Source: Ostrea edulis (lineage: Eukaryota). Taken from it: a DNA stretch of 64,000 nt. Positions 48,166-64,000 of this stretch are shown piece by piece. The translations under genes were made by a program, and so were the position numbers. The notes beneath the pieces are model-generated. The model saw nothing but the letters and a program-made list of their open reading frames with translations. It searched no databases and was not told the DNA's origin. The DNA lies in assembly GCF_947568905.1 (NCBI RefSeq), contig NC_079164.1:11842001-11906000 (forward strand), written 5' to 3'. How positions within the stretch are numbered: position 1 is the first letter of the stretch; every line of letters starts with the position of its first letter.

Positions 48166-48245
48166 GGACAAAGTTAGAAGGGGTTTATATATGGTACAAG
48201 GCACTTTTATTTGCCATGTACAATTTATTGGCTGCCCAATCAAGG
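48140..48245 (-). promoter_or_regulatory. Candidate TATA promoter of the BRICHOS gene
   Basis: Minus-strand TATATAAA at 48191-48184, CCAAT motifs near 48227-48240, and an initiator-like TCAGT at 48151-48147. Confidence 0.45.
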
Positions 48246-48469
48246 TCATATGATGCGTCTAAGTAAGACCCCCGGGGCTAGTTTGACGTCAGTCCGGACA
48301 TTAGCTCTGTACGGTGTCCAAATTTGTATTGCATGCATGTATGCGTATTGCTTTGCTCATAAGACCTAAAGTTTCTATGTTATATATATACATGTATATA
48401 CATAGAATAAAAAGTTTTTGGAACCTCGATGTAGGTTTTAGAATTATCTATAAACAACACCGTGTATAA

Positions 48470-49600
48470 TGGAAGGTCTTACTTGTCTTTGTCAATCGTC
48501 CGATGAACGGTACCGACAGACGTTATTAATAAGTGATCGCCTAAGACAGGCAGGCTCTGGGATCATAAAACTTACAGGAGCTCACTTTTTTATGAAAGTG
48601 AAACTGAGATAAAAGAAATGAGCTCGTCGACCGCTTGTGAGTCACGTCAACACGCTTACATACGACTAAGTCGCTTGCGGGCTACGTTTACAGTTATGAC
48701 GATGAAGCAAACGATTGGATCTCGGGGTAGGTTCATTCATCCCAGAACAGTACCCAGACTATTGAAACGCCTTAGGATCCGCTGCAGAGGACCTCACAAA
48801 GGGTTACAACTTAAACTGCATCACCGACAATACAGAGTATAATGGGCTGAATCAGCGCCAGAACTAAAACTCAAATCTTGTTCTCCGACGAGTTTAGGCC
48901 CCAAGACCATAAACTGAGAATATACTTAAGTCAAAATGTTGATTACTTATATCTGAAGATTTATCTTGCACAAGTTTTTTTTAACCCTGCAGGTTTACAA
49001 ATAATTCAAATGCAAACAAATTTTACTTGTTTATGAAAATTATTACAAAAGTTAGCTACATTTGAAATTTACACTTGTGTCTATTGTCAGTTTATGGAGG
49101 CCAGATTTAACGCTAGTTATACAGACGGCGGGGCTCGAGTTTACCGTCGTGTACATATGAACGTTACGTTGACAATCATATCCTTGAAGGTGACAGATTG
49201 GTCGGAGGCGGCGTCTTGATCTGGGGTGTGATTAACATAATATGTTCCTTTTTAATGGAAATGGTATGTAGACGAAATTCTACAGTCTTTAATTTGTTAG
49301 TATGTTAGTATCATTAAGGCAGCAGCCTGAACAAGGCGATAGATTAATTTTTCAGCATGACAATGCGCGGGAACACACGGCAATATTTCTTTGTACCCGG
49401 ACTTCACCCCGATTTAACATTATTTAGTAGGACGAGCTGGGTACCCATGCTCAGCCTCAGAATCCGCAAGAAATTTGAAGGCAATTGTTGGAAGAATGGC
49501 AGAACATTCTCCAATGGACCATTCGGAGTGTCTGTCAGTCAATGACACGTCGCCTACGCGGCGTTATCAGCGCTAATGATGGCCATACCCGGTATTGGTG
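48470..49600 (+). pseudogene. Decayed Tc1/mariner transposase
   Basis: Broken frames give SRQHAYIRLSRLR, RVYRR, DRLVGGGVLIWGVI, FQHDNAREHT and RRLRGVISANDGHTRY, which are typical Tc1 HTH/DDE segments. Many frameshifts, plus an insertion near 48850-49090. Confidence 0.8.
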
Positions 49601-51199
49601 ACCAAAACCACATTTCTGACCGCCCCTCTTGACTTCATTTCACATGTAAACTCTCGGGGAATAACACTGACGTTTAAAATCATTGGATATAAAACTTTTC
49701 AGAAAATATTACACATCTCAGATATTTGTTTATTGAATTTATGGATTAATAAATAACACAAAATTATTCATTATTGTTTTGAAGTTCGTCCGTGTATTTT
49801 GGCATTTTCAAAATACACACATTGGAAAAAGATACCGATGTGTGTTGTGTGAGTTTTAAATATTTCATCATCCATATTAATTCTGTTTCATTTGCTTTAT
49901 TGTATGCTAAGCTTTGTCTATGGGTGGACAATGCATTCGGAAGTGAATATTTTAAAGTTGCAACGTATTGTTCTATAGATACAAAAAAATAGAGAGAAAA
50001 AAAAATTAAAATAGCCAGCTCAATGATTATTGTTTGCTTTAATTTAAGAGATATTGCACACACGCGTCATTTTTTGAACGTTTCAGATCAAGTTTTTTTT
50101 TCCTTGCTTTAATCAAAACGTATAATTATGTATGGATCTATCTACGAAAAAAGATGCATGGAGCGAAAGCCCATGGTCCATTAAACAATGTAATTTTGTT
50201 ACACAATATTCCTGAATATTCATGAAAATATCCGGAAATCCAGTTAGTGAATGCCACATAGCAGTCTTTTCATTTGTGAGTTGCAAATGGTTGCATACAC
50301 GTGGCTAGAAGGTCTAATCTCGGAGATCTTCAGTTTTATTTCTCCAATGATTTACACAGAAGTGTTTTAAAAAATAACCCATAAATATTAAGTAAAATCT
50401 ATCCATTTAATAGTTTACATGTCCGAAATTATGTTTCTTCGTATTTCCCCCATTTTCATTGCTTTCCAGGCTAGTATAATCTGTACCTCATGTTATGGGC
50501 CATTTATAGTAGTTTGGAATATAGTGATGTAATTTTCTTGCATAAATATGTCAGACATATTGTCCTTCGCGGGTTTCTTTACCTCATGTGACTCCCCAGA
50601 TAAATCACGCGCGACCAGGTCAAGGGTCACGCGGCATGAGGAAAAACCGGTTATCATAACATTATCTAATATTTATTTTCTAATTAAAGAATGCACAACA
50701 CATTATTTTAAAATCGTGTTTTGAAGAAACTGATGCAAAAATTTTTGCCTAAATTAAAAAATTCTGAATTATGGTGGCTACATTCTTACGCTACCGCTGT
50801 AAAAAATTAAGAGAGGGTTCAACCAATACACCCTACTTTGTATATGAAACTAACTAACGTTGCTTGCAAAAATTAACGGAAAATATGTATTGATAAAAAC
50901 GTTTGTGGGTGGGGAAGGGGGGGGGGTACCCCCTCCCTGTTAACCCTACGTGCCTGTATTTGATTTTTGGCTCACAACCAATGTATTGAAAAATATATGT
51001 AACTAAAGCGTTTGTTAAAAATGGTTGTGTATACTTTTGAAAGTTCCATTTATTTCCATAAAATTCCATTTTCATATTCTAATGTCTATTGTATAATGAT
51101 TTGAGAATCCAATATTTGAAAGAAAATAATCTTTTTAAAATCTATAGATATAGTCTGTACCGATCTTAAGTGTTTTATATATCTAAGAACTTAGTGTAT

Positions 51200-51388
51200 C
51201 AGAGAGAGAGAGAGAGAGAGATCCATTTCCGCCCGGAGTCGAGGGCGATAGCCACAAGCTTTTGACGAATGAAGCTTTTATAGCTACGGCCTTGGGCGTC
51301 ATGCATAGATCAAAACGTCAACTCTTTTTTTCTTCAACAAATTTATTGAGATCCAAGTCACATAAATGCACAAATAAGTGTACAAATG

Positions 51389-51452
<64 letters not shown>

Positions 51453-52499
51453 CATACATTACATTAGTGCAAGAGAGATAGAAAAAGAGGAGTGGGGAGA
51501 GAAAAAGACTGGTGGAGATAAGACAGATTGTTTGTGCATGAAAGACTCCAGAATGAAACGTAAAATGAAACCATGTGACAGCGCCTCTCTGATACGTGCA
51601 GCTACTCCGAGAAGGTAAAATTCACGGAGGGCTATACAATATATTCCGTGGCATCACATTCCCAGCAGTACCCGTGGTTTGACCCCCCCCCCCCCCCCCC
51701 CCCCCCCCCACCGACTTCTAGTATATCACTATCCTTTTAACTAGCTTTCTTGTCTGAAATCATGAATATGTACACTAAAGTGGTATGGGTGGTTCTTGAC
51801 CGTTTCTCCCATAGAAAATTCAGAAACAAATGAGTGGTACATTGTTTTTATCGTAATATATACTTTACTTTACAATATATTCTATAATCACAATTTAGAT
51901 TCACTGCCGTAAAATTGACAGGTTTTTGTTTTTATTATTATTGTTCTTTGTTTTTTTGTTTTTGTTTGTTTGTTTTTTTGTTGTTTTTTTTTTTTTTGTC
52001 GTTTTATTTCATTCTCTCGATAAAAATGAGGTTTTCTCCCGTTATCACTCTGTGCTATATATATATATATATATATATATAAGCACTGAAAAGGCCACGA
52101 CACTGTTGGTTATTTAAAACTCAAATTTTCGACGCAACCCGCGTCTTTATCAAGAGACATATAGATCTATTACATAAACAAATAACACACAAAAACGACA
52201 AGTATCGATAAACTACATTGGTGAGAAGCTTCTCACAAGTATCGATAAACTACATTGGTGAGAAGCTTCTCACCAATGTAGTTTATCGATACTTGTCGTT
52301 TTTGTGTGTTGTTTTTTTGTGTGTTATTTGTTTATGTAATATATGTCTCTTGATAAAGACGCGGGTTGCGTCGAAAATTTGAGTTTTAAATAACCAACAG
52401 TGTCGTGGCCTTTTCAGTGCTTTTATAAATTTCTTTACTGGCCTTGTATCTTCTCAGATCCGACACTTTAAGAAAGTAGGGTGTTGTTGGGTTTTTGTG

Positions 52500-52544
<45 letters not shown>

Positions 52545-53251
52545 CACTAAATAATCACAACTAGGTACTGAAAATTTTCGCCCCAGCCCGGGGTCGAACC
52601 AGCGACGTACGGCACCCACCGCCTATATATATATATATATATATATATATCACTGTTGACAAATCGGCATGATCGTTTTTTTTTGGGGGGGGGGTCGGGT
52701 CTAATCATTCGCATAGAATTACTACCCCTAAACAACACAGCACCCATCTCCCCAATCGCAACTTCTTGGCCCTGTCTGCAATGCGCACTTTCCGGTAAAG
52801 TTGCGATTGAACCCTCAACCCCCCCTCCATCTTTCTGTAAATCCTTCATGGTTTACCTTCCCAGTTCAAGGGTTTTGTGATCCTTCGCATTTCTTGAGAG
52901 AAATATGGTGGATCACCAACTCTTGGCAAGATAACATGAGGTATATATGTGTAATTTATTAACCCATCAGGGTATATTTTAAAATGGCTTATTTTGTGTT
53001 AACTCGGGTTATTTTCGAATCAAAATCTGCAAGTAGCAGAGACGGATCTAGAATTCTTTTGGCGGAGGTTAAACGCATCCTGGGTGTCAGTTCTGCTAGA
53101 ATGGAAGCAGGGGCGCATCTATATATTGTGATGTTATGTGTCTTAAGACATTGCTGCTTGATTATACGGTTTTAGGAATTGTGATTTATAGACATTAAGA
53201 ACTTGAACTAACTAGTTTTAATGTCTTATATTTGAAAATGAAATTCTTTTG

Positions 53252-53307
<56 letters not shown>

Positions 53308-53310
53308 TTG
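51200..53310. repeat. Cluster of microsatellites: (AG)n, (CA)n, poly-C, several (TA)n, (TC)n
   Basis: Visible directly at about 51200, 51390-51450, 51684-51710, 52056-52080, 52504-52541, 52625-52650 and 53254-53305. Confidence 0.9.
52081..52422. mobile_element. Spacer-less palindromic element next to a (TA)n tract
   Basis: AAGCACTGAAAAGGCC...GGCCTTTTCAGTGCTT with arms meeting at GAGAAGCTTCTC (centre 52265/52266). Confidence 0.8.
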
Positions 53311-53699
53311 TATGTACAACAAACATGTACTCATGCACAAACATAAATATTATTTATTTCATTGTTTATACACAGAGTGAAGTAGTGACTGCCAATATGG
53401 GTCTATATATATATCCCACTGACGTAAGTGTCGGTGTGTTGACACCCATACGACCAGAATTCAGTCACATTCAGGCAAAAATTGTATTTGGTGCAGGTTT
53501 TTGCCATGCAGATTAATCATATTATAAAAATTTCACAAAAACTTACTGGCATTATTAATTAACTGCCATGATGTACATAACAAATGTAAAAAAACAAATA
53601 AATAAATGACTGACACCGCTCGTGCTGACGCTGTGCATTTTTTGTAGAAAGTCTTTCTACCGATTAGAAATCTTTATTACCTTAGGAGAGAGATAAGTA

Positions 53700-53710
53700 T
53701 GCAAAGAGGT

Positions 53711-53765
<55 letters not shown>

Positions 53766-53906
53766 TTTAAGAGAGGAGAAAGAATGATAATTTTGAAGAA
53801 AGAGATAGAGAGATAATTTTCAAGAGCTCCTCTCTTGAAAGAGTATGATACTTTTGAGGAATGAGAAATAGAGAGTTTGAAAAGAAAAAAGAGAGAGAGT
53901 GATGAT

Positions 53907-53943
<37 letters not shown>

Positions 53944-54115
53944 CTAATTTTGACAGAGCTAAAGGAGAAAGAGAATGATAATTTTGAAGACAGGGTATGA
54001 TAAAATTAATTTTGAGATAGGAGAGAGAATATAATTTTGAGAGAGAGAGTATGATTATTTTGTGAGAGAGGAAGATAATTTTGCAGAGAGGAGAGATAGT
54101 AAGAGAGTATGGTAA

Positions 54116-54160
<45 letters not shown>

Positions 54161-54801
54161 TCTTTTTTCAGAGAGAGGATCAGAGAGTGATAACTTTGCA
54201 TGCAGAGAGGATGATAAGTTTGAAGAGAGAGAGAGAGAGAGAAGGGGGGGGTAAGTTTGAAGAGGGAGAGAGGAGAGAGTGTGATGATTTTTAAGAGAGA
54301 GAGAAAGAGAGAGAATTATGATTTTACAGACAGACAAGAGAGATAGTGATATTGAGAATGACTATTTTGAAATTTTGAAGAGAGAATGATAATTTTTAAA
54401 GAGAGAGAGAATAATAATTTCGGAGAGAGAGAGAGAGAGAAAGGGAGGGGGATTATAATTTTACAGACACAGTATGATAATTTTGAAGAGAGAGTATGAT
54501 AATTTTGAAAAGAGAGAGGAGAGGTGGTGATAAATTAGCAAAAAGAAAGGTACTTTTGAAGAGAGAGAGAGAGAGAGAGAGAGAGTATGCTAATTTTGAA
54601 GAGAAAGGGTATGATAATTTTGTGCAGAGAGAGGGTATGATATATTTGCAGAGAGAGAGAGAGAGAGAGTGATATATTTGCAGAGCTTTGGAGAGAGAGA
54701 GAGAGAGTATGGTATATTTGCAGAGAGAGAAGGAGAAAGTATGATATATTTGCAGAGAGAGAGAAAGAGTATGATATATTTGCAGAGAGAGATATATATT
54801 T

Positions 54802-54838
<37 letters not shown>

Positions 54839-54930
54839 AAGTATATATTTGCAGAGAGAAGCGTAGGAAAGAGAAGAGTTATATTTTTGAAGAGAGATTG
54901 TGTGATGATTTTAAAGAGAAAGAGAGAGTA
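53700..54930 (+). repeat. Purine-rich (GA)n-based low-complexity array
   Basis: Repeated (GA)n plus GTATGATAATTTTG / GTATGATATATTTGCA units. Confidence 0.92.
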
Positions 54931-54999
54931 TGGTAATGTTGCAGTATTATTTGCTACGCTTTCATTTATTTTAAGTGTTCGTATACATTAGCTGGGCTG

Positions 55000-62434
<7,435 letters not shown>

Positions 62435-62614
62435 GTAAATATGTAGTGTTATTTAAAAGGTGTATGTTTCTGTTTATATCAGTTAGCTTCCGAGATTTAT
62501 TTTCATTTTGTGCTTTAAAAAACAGAAAATATTTCATTATTGTTAGTCTACCATAACAGGTAGCATGGTCAGTTTCTGTACTAAAGATTGCCAAATTATC
62601 TCAGCTGCAATGCA

Positions 62615-63235
62615 AATGTCTCCACAATCTGTCAGTTCATTCTATACACAGGTGGACCGTCTCCACAATCAGTTCATTCTGTACACAAGGTGGATGTTTC
62701 CACAATCAGTTCATTCTATACACAGGTGGACCGTCTCCACAATCAGTTCATTCTATACACAGGTGGACCGTCTCCGCAATTAGTTCATTCTATACACTAA
62801 GGTGGGCTATTTTCACAATCTGTCAGTGCATTCTACACACAAGATGGGTTGTCTCCACAATCTGTCAGTCCATTCTGTACACAAGATGGGTTGTCTCCAC
62901 AATCTCTCAGTTCGTTCTATTCACTAAGGTGGACCGTCTCCACGATCATTCAGTTTATTGTATACTCCAGTCTCCACAATCTGTCAGTTCATTCTGTACA
63001 CAGGTGGACCGTCTCCACACTCAGTTCATTCTGTACACAGGTGGACGTCTCCGCAATTAGTTCATTCTATACACTAAGATGGGCCATCTCCACAATCTGT
63101 CAATTCATTCTGTACACAAGATGGGTCGTCTCCAGTCTCCACAATCTTTCAGTTCGTTCTGTTCACTAAGGTGGACCATCTCCACAATCTTTCAGTCCGT
63201 TCTATTCACTAAGGTGGACCGTCTCCACAACTAAC
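62615..63235 (+). repeat. Degenerate minisatellite (about 37-50-bp units) in CNOT1 intron 3
   Basis: Unit GTCTCCACAATCAGTTCATTCTATACACAGGTGGACC and variants. Confidence 0.9.
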
Positions 63236-63469
63236 TAAACACTATCTGAAGGTGGACCAAAGAGGGGTGTCATGAAACATGTTTAATTGAGGTGCACTTA
63301 GTTTCTGCTGTATCATCTCTAAAACCACGGTTCCATCCTATTGTTGGTACTCAGCATGCAATTATATTGATATATATCATACTCCTGCTTACTATATCAC
63401 AAATAAAGACCTTGCTGTCATGCATGTGATATTGGATATCGGATTGAACCTTAACAGTGTACACAATTA

Positions 63470-63861
63470 CAGGGCTTGAATCTAACTTTTTATGTCACCA
63501 GGCCAGCAGGACTGATGGGATATAATTTCAACCAGTCCGCAGAAAAATTTACCAGTCCAACAGAGTTTTCCAGAAATAATTAAACATATTTCGTTAATGT
63601 TATTAAAATGAAATTTAACTCAATATGCCTCAGACAATATTGTAACACTTATGCGGGATTTATATTTCCAAATCAAATTCGATTGATATCTACAGATTGA
63701 AGCATGCCAAATGTGTGGATAATATTTCATAAGTATATTTTCCAAAATGATGCTTTAGAAAATTAACCAGTCCCATCGGACTGACTAAAACAAATGTCAG
63801 TCAGTCTGCCAGACTTTTATCCAGTCACAGACAGACCGGCATATGTTAATTTCGAGCCCTG
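63470..63861 (-). mobile_element. hAT-like MITE family F1
   Basis: Reverse-orientation 392-bp copy, flanked by AATTA on both sides. Confidence 0.85.
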
Positions 63862-64000
63862 AATTACACATGTAACCATCATTTTAATGGGCTGTCATTA
63901 AGATTACAATTTAGACTAAGACATACATGTATACTGTTGAATGCCTCTTGATGTGCTGGAGACTGAAATAAATACTACACCTTGTCCCAGATATTGGACA

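Noticed and set aside
62550-62615. Candidate CNOT1 exon 4 (VLKIAKLSQLQ)
   Set aside because: Only vague similarity to the expected [23 protein letters not shown], and no suitable donor.

Overview
AT-rich animal genomic DNA, almost certainly an ostreid oyster (Crassostrea/Magallana-like). The evidence is the Cg170/HindIII-type satellite carried in pearl/Helentron-type elements. There is one assembly gap (19884-20045). Four intron-containing protein-coding genes were rebuilt by hand with GT-AG junctions. (1) CD2BP2 (U5-52K, GYF domain), minus strand, 4 coding exons, 359 aa. (2) SANBR/KIAA1841 (SANT+BTB), plus strand, 19 coding exons, about 690-700 aa, head-to-head with CD2BP2. (3) A BRICHOS-domain gene, minus strand, 5 exons, with an unusual polybasic insertion and a 1-nt phase conflict at intron 1. 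(4) The first three coding exons of CNOT1, plus strand. Introns are crowded with non-autonomous Helentron-type elements, hAT-like, Tc1/mariner-like and foldback MITEs, SINE/LINE fragments and minisatellites. The most striking unexplained pattern is in SANBR: six splice junctions have each been tandemly duplicated (2 to about 52 copies), so the pre-mRNA carries arrays of decoy 5' and 3' splice sites. In the donor arrays, read-through meets an in-frame stop. There are no prokaryotic systems or CRISPR arrays. Gene identities rest on recalled similarity to vertebrate orthologues; no database search was run.
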